Assembly: GCF_035084215.1 (NCBI RefSeq)
Contig: NC_090359.1
Location: 13,826,001 to 13,890,000, forward strand
DNA: 64,000 nt
From: Heptranchias perlo
Lineage: Eukaryota
Direction: 5' to 3'
Below, one piece after another: positions 13,361-24,500 of this stretch. Below the pieces are notes generated by a model. The model was not told the origin of the DNA. It ran no database searches and saw only the letters and a list, made by a program, of their open reading frames with translations. Each line of letters opens with the position of its first letter. The stretch's first letter is position 1. The position numbers were made by a program, and so were the translations under genes.

Positions 13361-13756
13361 TTCTCCAATCTCAGCAACTCCCATTAACCCGGACCCTCTG
13401 TTTCCGGTCCCCAGACAACTTTCTCCCCGCACTTTTCCATTTCCTTTTAAACGGCCCACCTGAACAGACTGGACATTACCCCGGGGATCCCCCAGTTACC
13501 TTCACACCGTTGCTCGCCATGTCCCTGATTTCACTTGACATCCTTCACAGTCTCATTGAATTGTCTTGGTGCCTCCCGGCCGTGTGAACATCCAAAGAGA
13601 TTTCCAGTCGGCCTCAAGTATTTTCCAACAGATTGATTCAAATCCGGTGCGGTTTTCCTCAAAACTCCTGGAAGTTCAGGCACGAATTCTCCTGTGGAAG
13701 AAAGTCACATCATGTTACGGGACGGAAGAATTAACGACCCTTCTGAAGTACTCGGT

Positions 13757-14205
13757 GTCGGCCTTGGCTCATTTGTCGCACTCTCTCAACTCTAGAATCA
13801 TAAAGGTTGTGGGTTAAAGCTCCCCTCCAGAGACCTGAGCACAAAATCTAGGCTCACACTCCAGTGCAGTACTGAGGGAGTGCTACACTGTCGGAGGTGC
13901 CGTTTTTCAGATGAAATATTAAACCGAGGCCCCGTTTGCCCTCTCAGGTGGCTGTAAAAGATCCCATGACACTATTTGGAAGAAATGCAGGGGAATTCTC
14001 CCCAGTGTCCTGGCCAATATTTATCCCTCAACCAACATCACTAAAACAGATTATCCGGTCATTATCACATTGTTGTTTGTGGGATCTTGTTGTGCAAGAA
14101 ATGGTAGCCCACTTTACAACAGTGACGTTATTTCCAAAGCCCCCGATTGGCTGCGAAGATTTGGGACACGAGGATGTGAAAGGCGCTGGAGAAATGCAAG
14201 ATCCT
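13757..14205 (+). mobile_element. tRNA-derived Deu-domain SINE (SacSINE1-like)
   Basis: tRNA-like head (TGGCTCA...GGGTTAAAGC) followed by the central 'CAGTACTGAGGGAGTGCT...TTAAACCGAGGCCCC...AAAGATCCCATG.CACTATTT...GTCCTGGCCAATATTTATCCCTC' segment. Family assigned by recall, not by search. Confidence 0.75.
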
Positions 14206-14514
14206 CCCTCCCCCTATCCGGGGCCGCCCTTCCCTCTAATCCCATTTCCCATCTCTCAAATTCGAGGACGCTGCAGGGCCCTTTAAGAGGCCTTGGGCCG
14301 ATCTCCGGAGTCAGGGTCCTGAGTCAGGGTTCATCGACTGGGCTCTTTAGCGCTGAGTGGAGGATGGAGACGGTCTGTAACCTCTGACCCTGAATCCCAG
14401 GTGAGAATCCGCCAATCACGGGACCCATGATGCCACAGAAAGGATTGTGGCGTCATCCACCGCGTGACGGCCATGTTTGCGTGACGGTCACACTGCGCAT
14501 GTGTGCCGTTAATT

Positions 14515-14985
14515 TACATAGAATTACATGGAATGTACAGCACAGAAACAGGCCATTCGGCCCAACTGGTCTATGACGGCGGTTGTGCTCCACACGAGCC
14601 TCTTCATCGAACCCGATCAGCATAACCTGCTGTTCCTTTCTCCCTCATGTGTTTCTTTAGCTGCCCTTTAAATGCATCTATGTTATTTGCCTCAACTACT
14701 CCTTATGGCAACACGTTCCACATTCTGACAATTCTTTGGGGAAAGAGGTTTCTCCCGAATTCCCAATTACATTTATTAGTGACGATCTTATATTGATGAC
14801 CCCTTGTTTTGGTCTCCCCCACAAGCAGAAACATTTTCTCTACGTCTCCCCTATCAAACCCTTTCATTATCTGAAAAGACCTCGATCAGGTCACCCCTCA
14901 GCCTTCTCCTTTCTGGAGACAAGAGCCCCGGCCTGTTCAATCTTTCCTGATAACTCGATCCTCTCAGTTCTGGTACCATCCTTGT
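14515..14985 (-). mobile_element. CR1 LINE 3' end fragment
   Basis: Reverse-complement homology to the CR1 3' end at 12730-13180 (e.g. ACAGCACAGAAACAGGCCATTCGGC). Confidence 0.8.
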
Positions 14986-14990
14986 GAATC

Positions 14991-15098
14991 AGTTGGGTGT
15001 TATTGATTGATTGCTGTGATTTGTTTAGTGATTGATTATTGATTAGTTGGGTGTTATTGATTGATTGCTGTGATTTGTTGAGTGATTGATTATTGATT
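14991..15098. repeat. 54-bp tandem duplication (2 copies), TGAT-rich
   Basis: AGTTGGGTGTTATTGATTGATTGCTGTGATTTGTT(T/G)AGTGATTGATTATTGATT is repeated twice. Confidence 0.9.
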
Positions 15099-15129
15099 GC
15101 TGCTCTGCCCATACCTGATGTCTGTCAGG

Positions 15130-16120
15130 AGCCTGCAGTCAAAGGCTGCGTGTGCAGAGCCGCAGAAGGTCAGGGCCCAGGCGCGGATCCACATGGTTTT
15201 GGCGGAAGTTTTCTCTTCTTTGTTAAACGGTGCCTCGAACTCGAAAGACTGGAGTCGGCGGTGAGACTGGAGTCGGCGGGTGTCGCCATTCTCCGCCCAA
15301 GGCCGCAGCGGCTCACAGGCCTCGCCCGTCACCCCCAGCAACGGCCCCCCGCCCTCCCCCCGCCCCGTCGCCTCCAGCAACGAAGAAGAGCAGGGGAGTT
15401 CTCTCCGGTGTCCTGGCCAATATTTAATCCTCAACCAACACCTATAAACAGATTATCTGGTCATTTATCACATTGCTGTTTGTGGGATCTTGCTGTGCAC
15501 AAAATGGCTGCCCACATTACAACAGTGACCTCATTTCCAAAGCTCCCCATTGGCTGCGAGGCTTTGGGTCGTCCTGAGGATGTGACAGGCGCTGGAGAAA
15601 TGCAAGTTCCCCCTCCCCGGGGCCGCCCTCCGCTCTAATCCCATTGCCCGTCTCTCGATCCTGTCCCCGGGCTCGGGGACTCTCGGCCGGTCCAGGGCCC
15701 TTTAAGAGGGACGCGCCACACTGCGCATGTGCGCCGTTTATTTAAATCAAACCGCGCGATTCAAAGGAAAAGTGACGTCAGTTTCCGTCACAATAAAAAC
15801 CGCTCGTTCTCAACCGAAAAAACGGAAAGTTTGTCTCGCGACACAACAGGAAGCGGCCGCTGATCCGGCGGGTGATGTGCGCATGTGCGAACATTCTCCC
15901 AGAGTGCAGCGCGGCCTGTCTCACAGATGGGGCCTTTTCTCCGCCGCTCTGCATTGTGGGAGATCCGGCCGCCATGACGGGACCGGGTCACCGAGTTCAT
16001 CCAATCACAGGTGAAGCTTCCCGGATTGGTGGAACCGACAGAGTGCAGGTGGTCTGTGGAGCGAGAGAATCTCTGAGAAGAGGGGCAGCCAATTGGGGAA
16101 ATCACAGGAGGTGGTGACCG
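15130..16120. promoter_or_regulatory. CpG-island promoter region (housekeeping/cell-cycle-like motifs)
   Basis: CpG-dense relative to the flanks. NRF1-like TGCGCATGTGCG at about 15722 and 15878, palindromic CRE TGACGTCA at 15773-15780, ETS-like CAGGAAG, GC boxes near 15345-15365, and several CCAAT at about 16000-16135. Confidence 0.6.
15380..15610 (+). mobile_element. Partial Deu-domain SINE (3' half)
   Basis: Near-colinear with 13980-14205. Confidence 0.7.
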
Positions 16121-16194
16121 GTCATAAACCCAATCGGTGAATGACGGATTGAACCAAGGAAAGGAATGAAGAAACTCGACTGGGACCTGTGGGA

Positions 16195-16865
16195 ACAGGC
16201 GGACTAATAAATTTAACCCGTGTCCAGTTCAGGTCACCACATTACAGGAAAGATGGGATTGGACCAGAGAGGGTCCAGAGGAGATTTACAAGGATGTTCC
16301 AGGACTGGAGAATTTTAGCTGTGAGGAAGGATTGGATCGGCTGGAGTTGTTTTCATTGGAACAGAGGAGGCTGAGGGGGGATTTAATTGAGGTGCATAAA
16401 ATTATTGGGGGCCACACAGACTGCATCACTTCAAGAAGGCAGCTCACCACCACCTTCATGAGGGCAATTGGGGATGGGCAATAAATGCTGCCCTGGCCAG
16501 CGACGCCCACATCCCATGAACAAATAAAAAAAGGATATTGAGGTCCTCTCTCCCTTAGCAGAGAGGCCAATAACCAGGGGGCATATATTTCAAGTAATTG
16601 GTAGAAGGATTAGAGGGGATCTGTGGATAATTTTTTTTACCCAGAGGGTGGTGTGGGTTTGGACCTTACTGGCTGAAAGGGTGGTCGAGGCAGAAACCCA
16701 CATCGCTTTTTAAAAGTACTTGGATGTGCACTTGAAGTGCCGTCACCGACAAGGCTGCGGACCAACACCAAGAGTGCGATTAGGCTGGACAGCTCTTCTT
16801 CAGCTGGCACAGACACAATGGGCCGAATAGCCTCCTTCTGTGCTGTAAATTTCGATGATTCTATA
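16195..16865 (+). mobile_element. CR1 LINE 3' fragments
   Basis: 'QFRSPHYRKD...ERVQRRFTRM' and a CR1-type tail 'ATGGGCCGAATAGCCTCCTTCTGTGCTGTAA'. Confidence 0.75.
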
Positions 16866-18881
16866 ACCCCTAGGGTCAAATGTAACATGGCAAAAGATAC
16901 ATGTTTATGGTTCAAAAAAATATCGTGACAGGGAGGGAGGGGACAATGTAGAGTTCTGCCCGAAAGCGTTGTTGACACAAACTCCATGAATTATTTTCAA
17001 TGGGAATAATAGTATCGGGACCTTGGAACAGAGGAACATTAAATTGGATGAGAGGCGAGAGGAAAGTCACCTGTTTCTGTACTGTAAGATCCGAAGCTTC
17101 ATTGAGAATGAATTCATGAAGCATTTCTACATAGTATTTTTTTTGCAACATTTTAAAAATATCCCACAGTAGTTCTCCTGGTCAGTATATCCAGTTTGTA
17201 AAGTCTCCCTGAAATGCTTATATGTAAATCAGACAACAGTCAGAAGAGGGTAGGATGGACCTACACTACACTTGAATGTATTGTCATCTATTGAGTTTAA
17301 AGTTTCCGAATACTATTTATCAATAGTGTGAGGAAGCTCAGAGTGAAAGTGAGGAGGGGCCGTCTGACTGCAGGTTCCACTGGAAAAAAAAATCACCTTC
17401 AGTGTGTACAGTGAGCAGAAATGAATTGCTATTATTAAAAGTTCCCACTAACTCATTGTTATTCTACTTCAACAGAACAAGCCTGGATCTCCTGCTATGT
17501 TTAAACACTAAACTTCAGTGATTATAGCTCAAGTAAAATATTACCATGATTTGATTTAAATGGAGAAGTGGTTTCCACCTGCCAAAGAATGTTGTCTGAA
17601 GCGGGTGTTTACTGCTAACAGCTCCCATCCTGTTTAATAGACCCCCTGAATGTCTGATTTAACAAAAAGAAAAACACAGCTCAATAAAGTTCAACATTCT
17701 CTTATTAATCTGAAGACCATTTTATGAACAAATTTCAGGATTTCACAAGGGTGTCCCAGACATGGATTGGACCCAATTCACTGTAAAGTTATAAAAACAC
17801 AGCCAGTTTAGCGACCAGGGGACAGAACCTAAAAATTAGAATCAGGACTTTCAGGAGTCAAGTTATGAGACACTTCTACACGCAAAGAGTGGGAGAAGTT
17901 AGGAACACTCTTCCACAAAGGGCAGTTGATGCTAGCTCAATTGTTAAATCTATTACCTCAGCTTAAAATTTTGTTGAGCAAAACAAGGTAAGGGATATGA
18001 CGAAGGCAGGTATATGGAGTTATGTCACAGATCAACCATGATCTCATTGAATGGTGGACCAGGCTCGAGGGGCTAAATGGACTACTCCTGATCCAATGAC
18101 CACCCCTCAAATACAGTGAATGATAAACAATGTAATTTGAAAATAGGACTAACGACTTACAATACAATCCTGAGGGCCTGTCGTGAGGGGAAGCTGAGGA
18201 TAAAGAAACTTCAATCTGTGCTCAAGATGACAGGTGAAATTCATATCCAACAGAGTTAAATCACAACCGCTGGGCTCCCCGTCCCTCACATTCTCACTGT
18301 GCCTGTACCCACTGGGCACAACATTGCCCCCCGTGTACATTAACCATTACACTGAACATTTGAAATCTACCTGGAGCCCCACCCCCACTAAACAAGAATC
18401 TTTACACCAGGGGCAGAGATATTCAATCTTGGAGGAGAGTTCCAAGTCCACTGACTTTCAATCCGATTGGTGTTTGGACAATTAGCTCCAAAAGGGGAAG
18501 TTTAACTGGAGTTTGGAGCCCGTTTTGGATTCGAGCGATCAATGGCCACGGGACACCAAGGGAATGATTGGGCCGTCAACCAGCCAGCACCAGTACCTCA
18601 GGCCAGTCCCACTGTCCCTTCAGAGTTCATTGACCTGCACAATGAGGGCCTGGCAAGCTTTCACCCATTGCTGCAGCCATCCCTGGACAGGGCCTGGATA
18701 CACTATTACCAGCCATTCTGCCACTACTTACATGGACCCATTAAAACCCATTTCACTAACAGGAGGAACTGTGGAGGAGTGCGGAGTGTTACTAACAGAA
18801 TTGAGCACTCGTTGCATGCTGATTGGAACCAGATAATGAAAAATGAGCAACCAGCCATTAGAAGATACAAGTAGTCACTGC

Positions 18882-18887
18882 TTTATT
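18882..18887 (-). terminator. Polyadenylation signal of the ZP3-like gene
   Basis: AATAAA on the minus strand, 13 nt after the TAG stop (18901-18903). Confidence 0.8.
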
Positions 18888-18900
18888 GGTCATTTGATAA

Positions 18901-21367
18901 CTAGTTGAATTGGGTTTGCTTGTGTTTCCTGTACAGGAACAAGGCGATCAAAGAAGCAGAGATCAGAGAGACAGCGGTCACAGTCAGGGCCAGGATCAGG
19001 ACCACCTCAGTCTCCACACCTAAAAAGCAACAAGAAACCAATGGTTAGTGAAGGAAATACTGAGGAGAAAATGGAAACTAGCAGTCAACCAACTCACCAC
19101 CCGGAGACCTCTCCTGCATCCTTTGCTCAACCTCATTAAGGGACTCAGTTGCCAGCTCTGTCACATCAGGATCCAGAATGACCAGGGGTCCAAGTGAGGC
19201 TTCACCCTCCCACTTCAATTCAGCATCACTCTCTGCAATATCAAACATTCCAGTTAGAGAGGGTAAAGGGTGACCTCCAACATAGAGGGGATCAATGTCC
19301 TACCAGGTCCAGATGCAAGATCCCTCCTTCCTCTGGAATCAAGTCGGAATTCCCTCGTGGCACTACAGCTGCCCAGATGACAACAGGCACACACATCATT
19401 GGTAGATTCTTCTAATGGGGTCCAGCTAAACCAGAGAATCAGTTTATCAACCAGGTTGTCCATCACCCTTTAATACAACACATCCCTGAGCGAGAGAGGG
19501 AACTTACATATTCTGGAAAGTACAAGCTTTGTTCATTGAATCTCTCTGATCCACTGCAGCAACTTTCAGGTGACAGGTGATGAAAATCTGAGGGACACAT
19601 TCAATACAAGTTGTTATTTAGTGACCTCCTCCCAACATGGGGAACCCAATGTTTGGCTTCCTCTTACCAAGGAACGGTCATCTCCAAAGAAGCGGAACGC
19701 ATCCAGGTCAAACTGGAGTTTGTCCAGCTCACGTTCACCTCTTGGCAACACAAAGGTTGAAAAGGAGTCCTCAGCTTTGCTGTCCAGGAGGCAACTGAAG
19801 AAAGATTAAAAAAGGGACAAAGTGAATAAAGTGAACCTATTGAGACATAACCAGCTGGAGAAAGCAGAGAGCTCCTTACCCATGGTAGTCAATGATGTTG
19901 TATCTTGGGGTGGAATCCTTGTCTGGGCTCAATGTAGCTGCACAGCTGTCAATGTAGAGCTTCAAGGGCATGTGGTTGGTCATTGAAACAGAGGCCTCAA
20001 TGTGAATGAGGTCACCCAGGTAGTAGACAGTCGAGGTGCGCTCTGTAAGCCAGTCATCTGAAGTACAAGAGGACAAGGGTTGGAGACAGTGGATGAAACT
20101 CCGAGTGGGAGACCACAGAAAAGCACTCCCCATCCACCCATCACATACCGTTCATAAGACGCAGTGAGAATGACAGAAGCCCTTCTCCAGACTTGGTCGA
20201 GCTGAATGGGATCCAGGTGGGCTTGATAGGGTCACTGCTCACATTGCCCTTCCTGGAAGGACAGGAGAGTAATTTCAGGACAACTTCAGAGAACTGCACC
20301 TGCTATAGACCTTATTTGCCACAGAGTAAAGTTTCTTACCTAAAATAATGGCACTCAATGGGAATGATGGCTCCATTCGTTCTCACAATGACAGATCCAT
20401 GAGCATTTGGGGTGTGGTTCAGGTGGGTGGTGTAGACCAGGAAATCTCCAGCCATCTGAAAGACATCAGGTTAAGGAATGAAGAGCTGGTCTCATTGGAC
20501 AAAAGCTATTTCTGGTCATTTTCCTGCCCTGTTAAGCAGCAGTTTGAGGGGTTTCAGCTGTTCCTCAATGACACATGATTGAAGCAGCTCCACCATTGGT
20601 TGAAGTTGCCTCGAGCAGCCTCTGTTCCTCTGCTCAGTCCACCTTCTATTACAGGGGACTTCAGGCCTGCAGTCAGAAACCCTGAAATGATTGGCACTGT
20701 CGGAATTGATGAGCATTCTTTCCCATGTAGAATAGAGCTTTCACCTTAAGGGGCTTCAAGTTAACCCTGATATGGAGCACAAAACAACATCACTTAAATC
20801 TCATCTGTGTCCGTGGAATCAAGGGGATTGGCAGGAGTAATAACCAAAAGTGGAGTTCCCCTTTAATACATTGTATCCCAATTATTATTCCACTTGTTTC
20901 ATTTTTCAAGAGAAGTCTCAACAGGAACTTCCACATTGAACATTCATTGACCACAAGTTGAGGCAACAGGCCTGAATATCCACGAGAAGGCACGGAAAAG
21001 ATAAATCAATTGAGGCACAAAAGAACAGACTGGTTTGGAGGAATGTCGGTAAAGGTTCAAGGTCAATAGAATTGAATCTCAGAGTTAGAGAGTAGTAATG
21101 ACCCATTTAAGAAAGATGCAGTCCCTCAGTGACAAGTTAAAGTTCTTTTTAAATATAAAGCTAAGATTAACAGGTCAATATAAAGTAGTTGTTTCACACA
21201 GGGTGATATTTAACAGTGGGCAAGAATTTATACACTGATTTCATTCAGGGATCTCCTCAGTGGCTGGAGTTTCAGCCGACGTGAATGAATTCAGAGTGGG
21301 CAGTAAACGACACAGTGAAATTGGAGCAAGAATTGAGGAATCACATTACCTGCAATCTGCTGCCACA
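18901..21367 (-). pseudogene. zp3: Zona pellucida sperm-binding protein 3-like gene, 5'-truncated. Exons: 21367-21350 (exon 1 remnant), 20455-20340, 20252-20149, 20057-19880, 19794-19668, 19587-19508, 19425-19304, 19232-19098, 19019-18901
   Basis: All introns are GT-AG with consistent phases and an open frame: CGSRLQ | MAGDFLVYTTHLNHTP..IVRTNGAIIPIECHYFR | [23 protein letters not shown] | DDWLTERTS..YLGDLIHIEASV..IDSCAAT..IIDYHG | CLLDSK..KLQFDLDAFRF | IFITCHLKV..NKACTF | WTPLEE..CACCHLGSC..RGRR (furin site) | ..LGPLVI | hydrophobic TM, RKHK, stop. The start codon and signal peptide are absent. Confidence 0.93.
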
Positions 21368-21534
21368 TTTTTTTTTTTTCTTTTTTTTTTGTTTTAGCAC
21401 TCTCCTCACAGGCCTCTCACTGGGAAGTTTTCTCTTTTTTTTTTGTTTTTGTGTATTAGGCCCCCCTTTTATAAGAAGGGGGGGGTGTGGGGTGTGCTTA
21501 AATACTAAAAACCAAATAAACCAAAACCAAGTGT

Positions 21535-24500
21535 TCAAATTAAAATTTTATTCTCCTCGTCCAGGATGCACTCCAGCCCCTGCGGTGCCCACCGGCCGCG
21601 GAAAGCCTCGAGCGTACCGGCAGACACCGCGTGCTCCATCTCCAGGGCCACCCGGGCGCGGAGCATTCCGCGGAATAGAGGCAGACAGGCCGAGCGACCG
21701 CCCCCACGGACCACGATCATCCTAGACCTGTGGATGGCCACCTTGGACAGGCCCAGGAGCAGGCCCGCGAGAACGTCCACCGACCTGCCCGCCCCCCTCC
21801 TCACCGGGCGGCCAAAGATCAGGAGCGTGGGACTGAAATGCAGCCAGAACTTGAGGAGCAGCCCCTTCAAATAGTGGAACAGGGGCTGCAGTCTCGCACA
21901 CCCAGTGTACAAATGAAAAACGGACTCCTCCAGGCCGCAGAAAATGCAAGCGGCCTGGGTGTCCGTAAAATGGCGTAAACGCCTGTTGCACGGGACTGCT
22001 CCGTGCAACACCCTCCACCCCAGATCCCCAAAGTAACACGGGAGGACCCCTGTATAGAGAGCCTCCCACTGGGGACCCCCGTCTCCGCCGGACGGCAGGA
22101 TGGTACGCCAGGGCGTGTCCGGGCGAGAGACGAGGGCGAGGAAGTGGATGGTGTGCAGGAGCAGCCCGTACAGGAAATCCCTCCGCGCGGTGTGAAACGG
22201 CACGGAGGGAATTTCCGAGAGACGGCTCAAGTTGTGAGGCGCGGCCCTCCGAGGGAGGTTCCGGGGTTTGGCGCCGAGGAGGAATTCCGTCCGAACGGGG
22301 GTCAGGTCGGACGGGATGGCTCCGCACGCCTGAGCCGCCTCCACACCCCGAGTGGAGTCAGGGCCGAGCGCCGATTTCAACGCCTGGATGGCGGCGGCCG
22401 CGTCCCCGGCACGCCACGAGGACATGCGAGCGGCGAGCGCCCACGGCTCGAGCCAACCCGACCTCCCGCCATCCAGGACGTCCCTGACTCTGGTTACCCG
22501 ACCGGCCACAGCCCTCCGCTCCGTCAGCCACGAGCGGCTGAAGCCGACATCGCGGAGGAACGGATTCCCGAGCAGCGGCTCCTGCAGGACGGCCGCTACT
22601 CCCGACGGGCGAGAGCTCCGGCTGGAGGCGACCATGGTCCAGACCCTGAGCAGATCCTGGTACAAGACAGGCAGCTCCTGCAAAGACGTGCGGCCGCCCA
22701 GCAGCGAGACGAACAGGAGCTGCGTGTCGTAGTTCAGGCCGTGCACCTGGCGGAAAAAATACGTCGCCAGCGCACGCCATCTAAGAGGGCGCTCCGCGTA
22801 CAGGTATCGCTGCAGCATCCGAAGGCGGAAAGTTGCCACCTGGGTGCGGACGCACACCAGCCCCTGACCGCCCTCCCTAAGCGGGAGACTCAGGACCGCG
22901 GCAGCGACCCAGTGCATCCCTTTGGCCCAGAAGTCGACGAACTTCCTCTGAATCTTGGCGACAAAATCAGGGGGGGGGGTCAAAGTGACCAACCGGTACC
23001 ACAACATGGCGGCCACCAGCTGGTTTATGACCAGCACTCGACCCCTGTAGGATAACACTCGGAGCAGTCCTGTCCAGCGCGCCAGGCGAGCGGTGACTTT
23101 GGCCTCCAGCTCTACCCAGTTCGCCGGCCAGGCTTCCTCGGCAGGGCCGAGGTAGACTCCCAGGTACCGGAGGTGCGTGGTACTCCAGGCGAAAGCCCTG
23201 AGCTCCTCCGGCATGGAGTCCACCCGCCACTGACCCACCAGGAGTCCGGAACATTTCTCCCAGTTGATCCTTGCGGAAGACGCGGCAGAGTAGACCTCTT
23301 GGCACTCGCGCATCCTCCGCAAGTCAAGGGGATCCGTGACCACGAGGAGCACGTCGTCGGCGTAAGCCCAAAGGACGACCTCCACGTCCGGCTCGCGCAG
23401 ATCCAGTCCCGACAACCTCTTGCGCAAGAGGCGCAGGAAAGGCTCCACGCAGACGGTGTATAATTGGCCGAACATGGGGCACCCCTGACGCACTCCTCTC
23501 CCGAAGCGAAGGGGCGCCGTCAAGGATCCGTTAACCTTAATCAGACACTCCGCGGCGGCGTACAGAAGTCGGATCCGGGCGACGAAATGCGACCCGAACC
23601 CGAAAGCGCGCAGAGTCCCGAATAGATACTCGTGATCCACCCTGTCGAACGCCTTCTCCTGATCTAAGGAAAGGAAGGCGACCGACAGACCAGCCCTCTG
23701 GGAATGGTGGATCAGGTCCCGGACCAGGTGGATGTTATCCTGGATCTTCCGGCCCGGGACCGTGTAGGACTGGTCGGGGTGGATCATGTGGGCCAGCACG
23801 GTGCCCAGGCGAGCAGACATCGCCCTGGCGAAGACCTTATAATCCGTGCTGAGGAGGGAGACCGGGCGCCAGTTTTTAAGGTTGCGGAGATCCCCCTTCT
23901 TAGGCAGCAGGACCATGACCGCCCTGCGCCACGAAAGGGGCATCTCCCCGGTTGCCAGACATTCCCCCAGGACCCGCGTGTAGTCGCCCCGCAGGACGTC
24001 CCAGAAGGCCCTGAGGAACTCCACGGTCAGCCCATCCAGCCCCGGGGATTTGCCCCTGGAGAGCTGGTGGAGGGCGCCGGTCAGCTCCGCCAAACTCAGC
24101 GGAGCGTCCATACTGTCGGCGTCCTCCGGGCCGACCTTCGGCAGGTCCTCCCACAAAACGCTGCGCGCCTCCTCGCTGGACGGATCCGGAGAGAACAGAG
24201 CCTCGTAGTAAGATCGAGCCCTGGCCCTGACTCCCTCCGGGTCCGAGACGAGGGACCCGTCGTCGGCCAGCAGCGTAAGGAGCTGCTTACGAGCCCCCCG
24301 CCGCTTTTCCAGCGAGTAGAAGAAGGGAGAGCCGCGGTCCAGGTCCCGCAGGAGCTGGAGCCGCGACCTCACGTACGCTCCTCGGGACCCGACCAGTTGC
24401 AGGTCCCTCAGAGCGTCCTTCTTCTCTAATTACACCTGCCGCAGGGCCGGATCCTCGGCGGCCTGACCGAGACGGGACTCCAGGCCAAGCACCTCCTGCT

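Noticed and set aside
21396-21427. Weak resemblance of the orphan 32-mer (reverse strand) to the ferritin TATA-flanking sequence TCCCAGT...GCTTGTGAGGGAAGAG
   Set aside because: It needs a large gap and several mismatches in a short sequence; could be chance.
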